Positions 1-13,995 are shown, numbered from the whole stretch's first letter. The stretch: 63,688 nt of DNA, filler included, from Collodictyon triciliatum (GCA_043381765.1; 7 parts of 7 records of this genome joined end to end with filler, not necessarily neighbours in it), one strand, 5' to 3'. Notes: generated by a model not told the origin, from the sequence alone. Numbers and translations are program-made.

Positions 1-170
1 TCATCTATTCATCTATTCATCTATTCATCTATTCATCTATTCATCTATTCATCTATTCATCTATTCATCTATTCATCTATTCATCTATTCATCTATTCAT
101 CTATTCATCTTTTCATCTATTCGTCTATTCGTCTATTCGTCTATTCGTCTATTCGTCTATTCGTCTATTT
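1..170. repeat. 8-bp tandem repeat (TCATCTAT)n shifting to (TCGTCTAT)n
   Basis: Period-8 repeat visible directly; the variant unit starts at about 121. Confidence 0.95.
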
Positions 171-277
171 GTCTTTCATACCTTATTCCATATCTTATCC
201 TTTCTGCTGTATATATATATATATATTGTGTGGTTTCCAGATGGTACTTTAGATAACTAACGTTATCATCAAATCAG

Positions 278-740
278 ATTTATGAAATGCTAAGCTTTTA
301 TGATGCAAGCACAACCCTGCTAATATTTGAGTTTGAGAAGCCAGCAGATGGTCCAAAGTAATCGATTGTTTGCCTTTTTCTCCTGCAATTTTTATGACAT
401 CCACTTAATTGTTTGTTTGAGTAGGATAATATTATTTGAAAATTATTGATAGAATATCAATTGCATTTTTCATCATATAATCATTTGCATCAAATATATT
501 GAATTGAAGTGCAAACTTTTCATTCGTTTCTAAGGGAAGAAATAACTTTTCGGAAAAACGCTATCATGAATGCCCTTTACCATCGCATGGGTTCAGACAA
601 GGTGATCGTCTTCTGTCATGACATGTTTTTCTATTATGCAAGTTAACATTTGCTTCTATAAACAAATTTGATTGAATTACTTACAGGAAGCTGAGGAATT
701 CATCAAGAGGCAGCGCAAATTCGTGGATTCAGTAAAGTAA
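278..740 (+). CDS. 3' end (last three exons) of an unknown spliced gene, 5'-truncated
   Basis: GT-AG-bounded exons join in frame: IYEMLSFYDASTTLLIFEFEKPADGPK / EEITFRKNAIMNALYHRMGSDK / EAEEFIKRQRKFVDSVK*. TAA ends at 740. No family recognised. Confidence 0.6.
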
Positions 741-1418
741 TAATCTCTTTCGCCTTGGTAATCGCCTGGTCATCCGTGATTTATTTGGATGTGCTTCAAG
801 AACATGCATACAATACACTTTCCTAGTTATTACACTCTGAACCAAACATTTATTTGAAATTCAGCCACGCAACATTCGGGATATCTATCACGGAACCACT
901 TCTGCATGGTTCGTGAATTTTGATTCAAATCACTTTTACGTTCTCTCACTTATTTTCCATGCAGAATTGAGAATGCATGTAATAAAATCAGTCTCGCAAA
1001 TAGCGTTGCATCTACATATATTAATACTCGCCGTCGAATTCTATCGAACTAGTTTATAAGGTTTCGTATCAACCGGCTTCGAAGACTTCGATCATACCCT
1101 CTGTGAAATTTGGGACTGTTTACATATTTGAAAAGCATATCGCTTTCTACTCTGGAGGCATCTTTGGGTGGAATTTTTTAAAACAATAATAATAATAATA
1201 GTAATAATAATAATCTAACTATATGAAAATCAATCACTTCGAACATTGTGCTTGAATTTGAGTCTTATCTTATCAGAAATAAACTTATATCGCGCAGAAC
1301 AACAACTTTAATTATTCCAAGAGAAAAGATTCAACGCATTCGAAGATTTGAAAAGAACAGTGTTGAGATACATTTATTTGACGAGCTTGAGAATAAGGTC
1401 TCGTGGCTCTCTTTTACC

Positions 1419-1519
1419 TTTTGTTTTTGTTTTTGTTTTTGTTTTTGTTTTTGTTTTTGTTTTTGTTTTTGTTTTTGTTTTTGTTTTTGTTTTTGTTTTT
1501 GTTTTTGTTTTTGTTTTTT
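1419..1519. repeat. (TTTTTG)n microsatellite
   Basis: Visible directly; produces the spurious FCFC/FVFV ORFs. Confidence 0.95.
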
Positions 1520-3157
1520 CTCTAAGTGTACCTAATTGTAACCTCGATAAGCCTCAAATTTAATATGCCCTATAAATCAATTAATTTCTTTGTGATTTTA
1601 TTGGTGGGGACTAATATACTTCGCAAACACATGTGGTGGCATTATAGCACACCTTTTCAGTCAGAGACCATCCGCGCGACCAGTTCCACAACCACCTCAT
1701 ATCATGTTGGATGCCCAACGAAAAGGTTGTCTCGATGAAAGTAGAGAAGAATGCGTGCCCACATATTCTCACTATCTTGCAAACCTATTTAGGATCCAGA
1801 TAGTATCATTTTTAATATGGAAGAGCAGCAGACGGCCGAAAAAGCAAAAGCAAGATTCCAATTGGACCAGCTCGAAAAAGTTATTGATCGTATGTCCATA
1901 CATCTTACTTTATATCACTTGTGTTTAGATTCAACGCGTTTCTAAGTATGAATGTTAAGGATATCTATTTTTAATAGGCACATTTGAGCTATGTTTGAGA
2001 TTTCTTTTTTAACAATAAAACAATAATGATAAATTACGTCAAAAGATTGCTATTATTAAAATAAGGAAATCCTATTTTATCGATGTTTGAATTCTAGGAT
2101 TTGCATGTTCTTCTAATCTTATATCTGCTGGCCATCTTGTTGTCACACGCAACCACATTTGCTTCGACCCAGCGCTCGGAAATAGCACCATCAGCATTCC
2201 TTTCCAGAAAGTTACTTCAATCCAGAAGGTTTGCACCACGCGCTTCCTTCTTTGATAATGATCGTGTCTCTGTTTTTGATTCCGATTCTGATTATGGATG
2301 TCATATGTGATTACATCCATGTTAAAGGCAAATGAAGGAATAGACTCTGCATGAGTAACTTGCACACCCGCACAATTATGAACAACACAATATCAGTGGC
2401 GCCCAACATGCTCATGAAATCGTCTAAAACACACTTTTGCAATTCAGGAGCTCCTGCGGTCGATCAAAGTGACATACTCGACAGACTCGGGCGAATCACA
2501 CTTCTCGATTGGCGGCTTCTTTAGCGTCGACTCTGCGTTTGCATCGCTCACGGCGCGTTGGGAGCGAACAAAAGCATCAGCCCACTGAAAACGTCCGCTC
2601 CGTGCAGAATGGCGCGGTGCGGACAGAGATACGCGCAGCAACGGCAATCGGGCCCCACATCTTTTTCCTCTTTTTATACTTTTTCCACTAATAAAACGAC
2701 AATTACACAAAGACGGAGCAGAGAAAACGCGGTGTCCTCTAATGACAACACTTGGCAAAATAATATGATGTTTGGTGTAAGATATACACAAAGGATGACG
2801 TTTGTTATATATATAATTTGCCACCATTTTATTATTCTCTTCTAATTCACAGTGCCGGTTGTATTTTTAAGCATGTCTATCTAATCATCGACCATTTAAT
2901 ATAAATTCCAGATTAGAAAAAGATTCACTTTCATCGGGGGTTTCTTTATTGAATGTTTCGCCGAATGTTCCTTTTCGCCAGAATTATACCGATCATACGA
3001 CCGGAAAAACCTGATCACTTACATTCGCTGCTTCATTCAATGAACTGGATAATACGAATCCCACGCAAGCGCCAGAGTTTTCTGCATAAACGCAAACACC
3101 ACATAACAAACCACATCGCACATACCTTTGGTTGCCTTCCTTGAGCAGAGACAAGCG

Positions 3158-6100
3158 ATGAGACGATCTGTTGTTGCTGACTCAGCAAAGCAACCGCGCC
3201 GTTGTGTGGTGTTTGTTTGGGCAGTTTCCCTGTTGCTAACGTGGCCTTTGTTGTTTGCTGCTTTTGCTTTGCACTCGAATCCGCAAGAGTTTTCAGTCGC
3301 AGTGATCCCAACCGCACCGGACGCACGAAGAGCCCAGAGAATGTCCACCAAGCTCGATGTTTTGCCGGATTTTCTGGTCAAGTCTGTGCCCCTTATTATT
3401 TTTTTTCTTTTAAGTCTTCATCGGCCATGAAAACTTACCGTTTCGCCATATCCCACATACATCATGTACCTTTGATAATCAACGTATCCTGCATAATCCA
3501 TATATTCCAATTATTCCACATATCCTACGTATTCCATATATTCCAAAGCTCGCACACGTGAAATATGCAACATCTCAACTACAAGAAAACCCTCTCTTTA
3601 TTCTGACGACAAACACGATAGCCGTTTTCAATGGTATATTTTGATCTGCATTTAGAGACCACGGTGTTGTGTCGAAATCGCCTCTCGACATTTACACGTA
3701 CAAATACTTCAAGCTTGAGAATGAATTATCTGTCTTGGTAGCAAGCAATCCAAACGCCGAGAAGGTTTGATGTTTGTTGAATTCCTATTGTGGTTCCTCA
3801 TTTCCTAAACGGATAGATGGAGAGGGGGGGTTTTTTTTTTCACTCTGTAGCTTTTTTTTCATGGGACTGTAAACATATCTAAGACGCGAAAGGATGGTTT
3901 ATGTCTTTTCAAGAACCCTCTCACCTTAACACGATGAATTGATCCAATGAAAAAAAAAAAAAGGCTGCTGCTTCCATGAATGTTGGTGTCGGAAACTTTT
4001 GCGACCCTGAAAATACACCAGGAATAGCCCACTTTCTGGGTAATGACAATTCTTAAAATCACTGTCGTACATACAACCGAGATGATCTTACATTGCTGTT
4101 CAATATACATCTTATCACCTCCGATTTATTTTCCAACCCAAAGAACACATGCTATTCCTGGGCACGGAGAAATATCCATCGGAGCAGGAATACAGCGATT
4201 ATCTGACAAAAAATGGAGGCTCTTGCAACGCTTGGACTGACATTGAAAATACAAATTACATGTTTGATGTTGGCAGCGATCACTTGGAAGGAGCATTGGA
4301 CAGGTTCTGATTCATACTGAATTATCACATAACTCCCCGGCTTATTCCAGGCTTTTGCAGCCTAACCTTTGTGTGAGATAAAATTGATACATGAGGCATC
4401 CAACCACCGTTCCAATACCTGCCACAAAATACCCCAATGCTCTTTGAAGCGATGGTAATGTGAGGATATCAAAGAAATTATACATCCAATAACGAGTTAT
4501 TTACAATCAGGTTTGCTCAGTTCTTCATCGCTCCTTTGTTTACTGAGAGCGCCACACTTCGCGAGATGAATGCAGTGGACTCTGGTTTGACACGATTATG
4601 CACAGTCAAAATCATACGGCACTTTACTTAATAATCAGCCTTATTATCCCCCTTCTCGCCAACGCAAATGCTTATGTAAAAGAAAAAAAGCAACTCAATT
4701 ACAAATTAACTGTTTTATGAAACAGAGCACCGCAAAAATCTTCTGCAGGACTACTGGAGAATTATGCAACTCGACCGCACCTCTAGTAACCCAGAACATC
4801 CGTATCACAAGTTTGGAACTGGTATGCAATTCTCAAATGAAAATAATCTGATAATTATTTTCATTGTAACCAACTAGAACCCAAAACAGAGCGAATACGA
4901 CCTTTCCTTTGTATTCAACCCTATTCCTTTTCTTCTCCAAATAAAAAATCTATTTCGCTCGTAGGAAGTCTCGCTACCTTGAAAGACCAACCAGAAGCTG
5001 AAGGGCTTGTTATCATGGACATTCTGAAGAAGTTTCACAGCGATTACTACTCTGCCAACATCATGACTCTGGCTGTGATTGGAAAAGGTATCCCAATTTA
5101 TCATCCTTGCTCTTAATCATACCCCAATTGCATATTTTCAACTCCATTCCTAGGCTCTACCAGAAAATGTAATTTTTTTTAATTAATTCAATAATTGAAG
5201 ATCATTATGGCTTTTTATGAGAATTTAAGGCTAACTATTTTATGTGTGCTTCACTAACATAAATTTGGTATTGCAGACTCTGTTGATGTCCTTGAGAATT
5301 GGGCTCGTGAAAAGGTTTTCTATCACATATTTCCCATTCGCTTACAAGCTTGCCGATTCATTTGTACGAGTACATCTAGTTTCAAATAAACCATACATTT
5401 CATCTATTAAAAACTATTGCATGCAAGATAATGTTCTTATTCACCATTGGATAGTTTTCGGGTATTGTGAATAAAAACGTCGTGGTGCCGAAAGGGAACG
5501 GCATTCCCTTCCGTGAAGAAGACCTCGGAGTAAGCGCATCTAAAAAAAAAAAAGCCATCAAATAGTTCTTAGCGAATTCCCTCAGTGGCTTTAATATTGA
5601 TTTCATAATCGTCATTACATTCATCGTTTCAGAATCCTGTTTCATCGTCAAGAACATTCTTTTAAAAAATATGATACTTTACTCACCAAAGTTTAAAATT
5701 CAAAACTACACCAATATTTATCGGCCTAATTCCTCGCATAAACAGGTTATCTTCAAGATTACGCCAGTCAAGGATATGAAACAACTATTCATGACCTGGC
5801 GCCTTCCAAGTCTTTCGCAGCATTATAAGAAGGTCCAACAAACCTTTTATTTATAGCAGATGACGAGGACCAATTTTACACCAAGTGATAATTTAGAAAG
5901 CACCAAATTTATTATGGTGTTTTTTTTCCTTCTCAGAAAGCTGACCGATATTTGAGCCATCTTATTGGACACGAGGGACCTGGGAGCATCCTATCCTACA
6001 TCAAGTCAAAAGGTATTTATTTCACATTTTACGTGTTTTCTCTCTCTCTCTCTCATATTTCCCACCCAAGTCACACAAAGTTATACGCAAAAACTAGGAT

Positions 6101-9100
6101 GGGGAGACTCGTTGTCAGCTGGGGCCGGCTATGCAACACATGACTTCAGTCTCTTTGATGTCCACATTTCTCTTACGGAACAGGGGCTTGGTTATAATAT
6201 TTTCTTATACATTCTTATCACTTATATTTTACAAATATGTATGCAATAAGACGAATGGAAATATGCAAAATCATGACTTTATATCCACATCAGTTTCAGA
6301 ATACTACCTAATTTCTATCGATTTCAACAATAGAAAATGTGGATGAAATCATTAGTGTTGTCTTCCAATATATTCGCCTCCTCGAAAAAGAAGGCATTCA
6401 GGAATGGATATGGAAGGAGGTCAGCACATTCTTGTCTTACTTTTTATTTTTCCTTCTCTATACCTTCAAAAACAGCAGAAAAACAAGCTGTGCAGTAGAA
6501 ACCTGCGTGGTTTTTCTCTATCATGTGGGTTAAAATTAAGCTACTTATATAAAACAGTGCCAGGACATCGCAAATGTGAAGTTCCGCTTCGCCGATCAAG
6601 TGAACCCCTTCTCTTACTCGTCTTCACTATCGGAAAATATGCAGGTTTGTCAAATGATGAGTTTATTTTAAAACACTCATTCTATTCTAGTCAGAAGGCG
6701 CATAATGAGCTGGCTATTTATACTTGGCAACTTAACTTTCACTCTGTCTCGGAAATTAACGCAACCTAGAATCAGCAATGAAGCATGAATGTAATAATAC
6801 TCAAATATGTATATAGAATTATTCACCCGAGGACACCCTCACCGGTTCGCGTCTTTTCCGCATCTTCGACCCAGAACATATCCGAGAAATATTGCAGTTC
6901 TTTGGGCCGGAGAATGTCAGGTCATTGAGCCCTAGGCCGCTTTTTTGTAACTCCTTGCTGACTTCACCTTATTCTGAATACATAACTATTTCTAGCAATT
7001 ATTCTGCTTTCTGTGGTTTTCAATCCTGGTTGTATTTAAATACTCATGGACATTCAGTTATTTGTAACATATCCATTTACAACTTTACTGATGCTATTTC
7101 CAATCTAACAGAATCAAGTTGATGTCAAAGACGTTTGAGTCAGTCACGACACTTCGCGAAAGATGGTATCAGGTAATATTGAAATGGCTGTTACTTTTGC
7201 TCTTAATTGTAATAAACATTCAGAACAAATCAAATGGATATCACCGCTGCGGTTTTTATCCAAGAATAAAAGACATAAGTGTTTAGACATAGCGTGGGAA
7301 ATGTTTCGTCATGAAATATAAGTAATCAGGCGCTCCAAATACTAATCAGCCCCTTTTTATTTTAAACAAAAAAAAAACCCTTACAGACCCCATATTCTGT
7401 GGAGAAAATCTCTGAAGAGCAGCTCAAGGTATGTAATCTAGTCATCGCTTCTCAGCGAAATGTCTCCGTCGCCAACACCCGGACGTATACCTCATTCATC
7501 CCTCTCTGAGTCTCGAATTCTTTTTTTCTTCCATTTATCAAATCGATATAGAAATACAAGGAGAGCGATATATCAAGCGACATATTCATCGTGAAACCGA
7601 ATCCGTTCATGGCCAAAAACTTCGACCTGGTTGATGGACTAGAGACAGTTTGTCTTATAATCATAACATTTGCTACTCTTTATATATGAACACATGCGTG
7701 AAGAGTGGGGTTTCGGTGACAATTCAATTCATTTTTCTACTTATCAAAAATGAGCAGCGTGTCTCTGCTATCTTTCTCTTCACATTGTTTTGGCCAAAAT
7801 TCTTAGAAATCGAATCCCTCTTTGGTTTTGGACACTACCGAGCTCAAAATATGGTTCAAGCCTTCGCTCAAATTCAAGCAGCCAAAGGCCGTCCTTTACA
7901 TCCAATTTTTCAACCCAATGTGGTAATATATGATACATGCACTTACCATATCGCCGTCCAAGTTTTTATCGCACGAGCCATGACAATACCCCATAAGCAT
8001 TAAATACGTCCATTTCTGGTGGATATTCGGGTGAACCTTCATTCCTTCAATAGTTACTCCAACCCGAGAAATGTAGTTTTGACGTTCCTGTTCACTGATT
8101 TGGTTGTCCATGAGGTGAATGAGGTCACTTATTTTGCCGAAATAGCTGGCCTGGCCTACTCCTTCACAAAATCTATCATGGGATTTGAGGTTCGTTAACA
8201 AAAAAAAAAAAAATTCTCCCATTTCGACTTTGACCTTTTTTTTTTTTTTTAGTTTTATGATTAGCAATATTCACCATGTAAATCGGAGGGTTGAAAAATG
8301 TGGACGATGAAGTAGCTTATTTTATGCAAGGTAAAAATGAAATAATTTTAACAGCTGAGGATATCTGGGTTCAATGACAATCTCGCATCCTTGGCCAAGG
8401 AGCTTGTTCAAAAAATCAGAAACCTCGAAGTTAATGAGGATGTATTTGATATGTACAAGGAGCAGGTATAGCACATCACCACTGCCGTCGGTGACAACCT
8501 GCCGTCACAAAATTTACGGCTAATATATACCCAAGATGTGAGACTGTTTTGTTACCTCTATCTGATCATTTATAATGCTCCATAGACTCTCCGCACTTAT
8601 GCAAACTTCGACAAGAGCCAGCCTTACCAAATTGCCCGCCACAACAGCGCACACATGCTCTTCACTGTGAAATGGCACAATGATGACCAGTTTCTAGAGG
8701 CAAAAAGTATGTGTATAGTTGAAAATCTCAACCGCCTACTTTTCCATGAATGACAAAATTACTCTTTCCTGTAATCTTTATGAGGCTTTATTCATTAATT
8801 TATTCATTTACATATTCGTCATATCAGCTGTGACTGCATCCGAGTTGAGGGCGTTTGCAGAGAAATTTTCTGCCTCTTTGGAATGGGTGACTTTTTTGAA
8901 TGGAAACATGAAAGAAGAGGTAATCACTTCGAATGAAATAAAACACAACAATCGTACGAAATCCATTACAGCAAGAAAAACAAAAAGGAGATAAATGAGG
9001 TGAAAACTAGAAAATCAAGAATAAAGTATGCCTTTAGGCTGCCGTCAGCATGATAAAGGAACTTCGAGGGCTTTTTGATTCGAAGGCCCCGTACGTCTCG

Positions 9101-11103
9101 CAACACCTTTTCCGCAGACTCATCAAACTTCGCCCAGGTTTCCTCTTCTTTTTTTTTTTCCTCAGAAATAATGGCAACACTCTAATCCAGTTCTCTTTTG
9201 CTCCTTTTGATAGTAGCCTAGTCAACACACATCTATTAATATCTATTTTACTGCGCAGGTGTGGAGTTTATTCACCGCATTCCTGCAAGGAATATTCTTG
9301 ATGAGAATTCGGCCATAGAAGTTTATTTCCAAGCCAACCGCGGTTCATTAGAGGTATTTTAAGAAATAGTCGAATATGAAATCACTTCTGTCTTTGTTTA
9401 CCTCACTTCACTTTCTCTTTTATTTCGTACAAAAAGCAGAAACCAAAACCAAAACCAAAACCAAAACCAAAACCAAAACCAAAACCAAAACCAAAACCAA
9501 AACCAAAACCAAAACCAAAACCAAAACCAAAACCAAAAAAAGAAAAGACAAAAGAAACAACGAAAACAACGAAAACGACGAGAACGAAAAAGAAGAGTAA
9601 ACATTATGAAATGGACACGCGAATTTCGATTAACTTAATGTTCATGCGCACCGATGAAACGATTGCCAGTTTGACCTGGATAATCTTCGGGAAAATGTGT
9701 TGGCTGATTTTGTGTGTCATTTGATGGACAAGAATGCATTCCACCAACTTCGTACAGTCGAGCAACTTGGTATCATCATCCCTTAAGATTGTCAGATTCT
9801 CTCATTTCCTTCCTTTTTTTTTAAAAATTTTTTTTCTTTTTTACTGAACTACTGGGATACCTCGCTTATATTTCTGGTTGTTCGCTTTATAGATCGTCGT
9901 CGAAGAAAAGAAAAAGCATTTGACTAACTTCGAATTCATTAATAAAATAAAACAAAAAGGATATATGGTTTGGAGTGGCTCCAGGGTCGATTTGGGAGTC
10001 CCTGCTATCTACTTCCTCATTCAATCGCCAACAAAGGTGAGATTCGCTCTTTTATATGTATCAAGAAACTCCTCAAAAACAAAAACAAATTTTTTTTCGA
10101 CTTGCAGTGACATAGAAAGCGCTTAGGGTATAACCACCACAAGGTTATGCCTCACCTCTTTCATCGATACTCACCTTCCATCACCCCAAAAGGACCCTTC
10201 CTACCTGAACGAGCGTGTGGAGAACTTTATCAAAGCGTATAAGGTGAGAAGCAAAAATATAGGCAAACACCGATTCCCAACATCTCTCTTGCCAGAAAAC
10301 TCGCGGCTTATTCCGCCCCTTTTTCTTATGTACACAGACTACACTCGCTGAAACATCAGCAGAGGACTTTGAGACTGGCCGCCAAGGCTTGATTGTGAAG
10401 AAGCTTGAGGACGACAAAACCATCGGCCAGGAATCCCAGCGTCTGTGGTCGGAAATCGTCTCTGGATTCAACCTATTCGATCGAAGTAATTTCCTTGGAA
10501 TCGCACGTTTACCAATGCCATCCGTCTTGTCTATAATCTACGCACTCTCCTTTACTCGATGCTCAATTGCACTTTGACATCCGCAGAGGTGGCCGAAGCA
10601 GAGCAGCTGAAGAAGGTGACGAAGGAGGAGGTCATCGAGTTCTACGAGCACGGTACTTCCATGAAACAATACCTTTGTTGATGCAGTAAAGCCGTCTAAT
10701 CATTCCGTCTATACCAAATCATCCTCTGCAGTTGTTTCAAACATCGCTACACGCCGCAAATTTACGATTCAAGTCTTTGGAAAGGACAAGCCCTTCCCAG
10801 AAGACGCGGCACCAGATGCCAATATTCAGTCAGTTTTATTATCATCCTTTTGTTCATTGTTGGTTTTGTTAACACTTTTGATTTCGGTAATTAAAAGCAA
10901 AACAAGTGTCATAAGTTCATACCTCTCCGTTCATTTTTCGGCCTTCACATACACATCTTCATCTCGACGAAACAACCAACCACTGTCTGCAATCATAGAA
11001 ATCATCCTGATTTTTTTTTATTTATTTTCTTTGTTACAGATACATCAGCGACATGGACGTATTCAGAGCTCGCCAGCCGCTTTACCCGTCGCCTTTCAAC
11101 TAA
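3158..11103 (+). CDS. IDE: Insulin-degrading enzyme / insulysin (peptidase M16A), many exons
   Basis: Spliced exons give [42 protein letters not shown] (inverted zincin HxxEH motif), [51 protein letters not shown]. Ends [19 protein letters not shown] (TAA 11101-11103). A second in-frame ATG lies at 3341. Confidence 0.95.
9440..9537. repeat. (AAAACC)n microsatellite inside an IDE intron
   Basis: Visible directly; explains the TKTK/WFWF ORFs. Confidence 0.95.
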
Positions 11104-11739
11104 GCGGATTCGACTTCGACATAAACCTTTGTGGGATGCTTGCAATTCTGGAGTTAAATCATCTCGGCTGGATTCCATTATGTGCCCTCATTCTGGCATT
11201 TTCATTTGCTGTTTATAAATATTAAGTATCATCATTATTTTTTCTTTTAAAAAACAAAGTGGTTGCGTGAATTTCTTGCATACAGTCATTCCTCTGTTCT
11301 TCCCAATATTGCTAATCGGATGATTCTGTGTCTGTAAATCACACTATCAACACAATCATCGTCGCCTCCACTTTTGTTCCTCTCATCCGTACACTTTCTT
11401 GCAAAGTCATTCACAATCGAATAATAATGATAATAGTGACAATAATTCCGAGAGAAAATGTGTTTGTTTATCTGAATGAAGCGTTCAACTAAGCAGAGGC
11501 TCATGAAAGCAACTCTTGTTGGACGCATTCTCCAAGGACGGTGGTGTGATTCACTTTCAGGTGATTTCAATTCACATAATGATGATATTTGTTTGTGTGT
11601 GTTTTGTGTATGAATTGGACGAGAGAAAGGAAAGAGCATAACGAAAAAAAAAAAAACGCCAAGAATTAAGTGTGGGCGGAAAAGCATGTCTATTTTTTTT
11701 TCTTCTGAGGATAATCCGGGTGGTTTTTGTTATTGACTC

Positions 11740-13663
11740 TTAACGGCTCGTCGAAGATGTTGCCGAAGAAGCGGGAATCCGGATGTACTTAAAGTAATCC
11801 CCACTCCGCGAATCTGCAGATTAAGTCGATAGAAATCAACACTCAACTTGTCCATGATAGAGAAAACACTTTTCATTTGGGAAAAAAACAAAACAAGACA
11901 AAACAAAAATCAAATCAAAAAACAAGTAAGAAGAACATGTTGTTCAAGTCGTACCTGGCGATGTTCCGGCGCTGAATTGAATTTCGGCTTCCGTAAGGAC
12001 GCTGGGAAGAATGTGAAGAAGGTAAGAGGGTTTGTACACTCCAAAGAAAAGAGAGAAAAACAACAACCGAAGTAGTCGTATTTATGATGGCCTTGCTTTG
12101 CCAGTGCGATGTATACAAACCTCCCATCAATGATTCCGTGCTCTCTGAGAAGCTCATTTTCAAGCCGTGTTTGCTGCTCCTCCTCTCTCCATTGCTGTAA
12201 ACATGAATTATAATTCACGTTTGCAAGCACAAAGATAACATTTAAATCTCTTGCTGTTTCTTTCATTCTTTTTTTTTTTTTATCATATTCAATTATATAC
12301 ATTTTTCTATTTGAGGTACGGAGTAACAAATAAAATAACCAAAGCCAAAGGAAACACAGCCATCTCAAGTGAAATGAATACCTCATATCTTTGCTCGGCA
12401 AGGAACTGGCGAAATAGGTTTGTGTTCATAAGATAATATATTTGCTCTTTTGCCTTGTCAAACAGGGCAGGCTCGTATTTTCCTGCGTGGTTTTCGTGAA
12501 TTAAGTTCGCGTGTCAGAATGATTGGCAGGATACAAATATTCTATTCTTACATTCCTTTCTACCAATTATAATTATGAAACGAAAAGATTATTAATTTTT
12601 CTTTACGTTGGCTGCGCAGAATATGGTCCCGTGCGTCATGCGAAATATTAATCTCAAGAGGTGACGAAGGGGAGATATAGTTGCTGATGATTTCCTAGTT
12701 GAAATGTTGACAAAGTATAATAGGATTACTTTCAATATGCAAATGATTTTTTTTTTTTGCTTTTTTTTTTGGTTTTGTTTTTGTTTTTGTTTTTGTTTTG
12801 TTTTTGTTTGTTTGTGATGCTAAATTAAAGTAATTATGGCAATATTTCCGTGTCGTGAGTCTCTTTCTGTCAATACAACTCTCACATTTGTGTACTCGAG
12901 AAGCGTCGGTGAGTTTGCTTTGATGAGCTGGTTGCGAACTAAAAGCGCCTCCCAAAACTCGACACACTCTCCGCAATATTTTGAAGTCGCATAAACCTGT
13001 CAGGATTTGAGAGGATTTGAGAGGATATGGCACAATCGCAGACGCGGATAGTTTTGCATGTCTGAGCAATTATATGTGTGTCGTGATTTCATAGATAGGG
13101 TCACGGGATGAATAGATACTCAGGAGAAATGAATATAGAAAATGGCAATTAAAAAAAGAAAATAAAAAAAATGAAAAATGATTCACATGGGCTTTTTTTA
13201 AAAGCAATCATGAGTTATGTAAACAAGATTGATAAAGTTACTATTTTTACCTTAAAATTATGTCTCCATTCTGGGTCATACAATAAATCCTCCAGATTAG
13301 AATCAAAGAAGTCTGGGTTCGTTCTATGATACGAATGAAAAAGAAAAAAAATAGTTCGGTTTTATTAGGAGAAAATAAGTGGTCAATGAAAAATGTCATC
13401 GTATCACTCTTTCATCTCCGATTCGACTTGTTAGATTTCTTGGTCGCACGAGGAAAAAAAAGTGCATATTTTTCATTTAAAAACAAAAAAAAAGTACTTC
13501 TTAACAAGATTTCTGAAGTTAGAAAGGTATTGCTGGTCATTCTTAATGTAAGCTACCAAGCTCGCGCCGACAGTAAACCAGTAAAAATAATTGATGTTGA
13601 CAAGAGTCTATTTTTTTTTTAGTGATATAACTAAGTAAATAAATGCACCTGAAACAAAGATTT
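11740..13663 (-). CDS. Membrane-anchored RGS-domain protein (possible 7TM-RGS), 5'-truncated at the contig end
   Basis: Spliced exons give a hydrophobic segment (NYFYWFTVGASLVAYI), then an RGS box LEDLLYDPEWRHNFK|VYATSKYCGECVEFWEALL...EIISNYISPSSPLEINISHDARDHIL...LFDKAKEQIYYLMNTNLFRQFL, ending ...PASSATSSTSR* at 11740. The RGS box is not visible in the ORF track because the exons are short. Confidence 0.8.
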
Positions 13664-13787
13664 CTACACAGCAAAAGCGGGATACTCATTAATTATACAA
13701 AAGACGGAGTGGAGGGGGGGGGGGGGGTTTTAAAAAAAAAAAAAAAAAAGGAGAGGAAACCCATGTACGCATCGTGACAGCGTAAAC

Positions 13788-13887
13788 NNNNNNNNNNNNN
13801 NNNNNNNNNNNNNNNNNNNNNNNNNNNNNNNTTAATTAATTAANNNNNNNNNNNNNNNNNNNNNNNNNNNNNNNNNNNNNNNNNNNN
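13788..13887. other. Artificial contig linker (N-run + TTAATTAATTAA + N-run)
   Basis: 100-nt spacer with stop codons in all six frames; identical design at five other sites. Confidence 0.98.
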
Positions 13888-13995
13888 CTTTTCTTTTTCT
13901 TCTTTTCTTTTTCTTCTTTTCTTTTTCTTCTTTTCTTTTTCTTCTTTTCTTTTTCTTCTTTTCTTTTTCTTCTTTTCTTTTTCTTTCCTTTCCTT
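13888..13995. repeat. Pyrimidine-rich tandem repeat (CTTTTCTTTTTCTT-like)
   Basis: Visible directly at the contig start. Confidence 0.9.

Noticed and set aside
1-170. Regular repeats here and at 41362-41543 as CRISPR arrays
   Set aside because: Head-to-tail simple repeats with no unique spacers, eukaryotic context, no cas genes.
1248-1563. ORFs with FCFC/FVFV runs (likewise TKTK, WFWF, KKRKE and poly-Y ORFs elsewhere)
   Set aside because: Translations of microsatellites in introns or intergenic DNA.
1640-2830. GC-richer coding-like patches upstream of IDE (for example GIKNRDTIIIKEG on the minus strand)
   Set aside because: No consistent spliced reading frame or family could be built. Possibly a decayed gene, but unsupported.
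12995-13065. Apparent in-frame TGA inside the RGS box (ILSNPLKS*QVY), suggesting recoding
   Set aside because: CCTGACAG is a splice acceptor. The true upstream exon (13251-13323, LEDLLYDPEWRHNFK) restores the RGS alignment without a stop.
13832-13843. TTAATTAATTAA palindrome as a biological motif
   Set aside because: Embedded in N-runs identically six times; an assembly linker.
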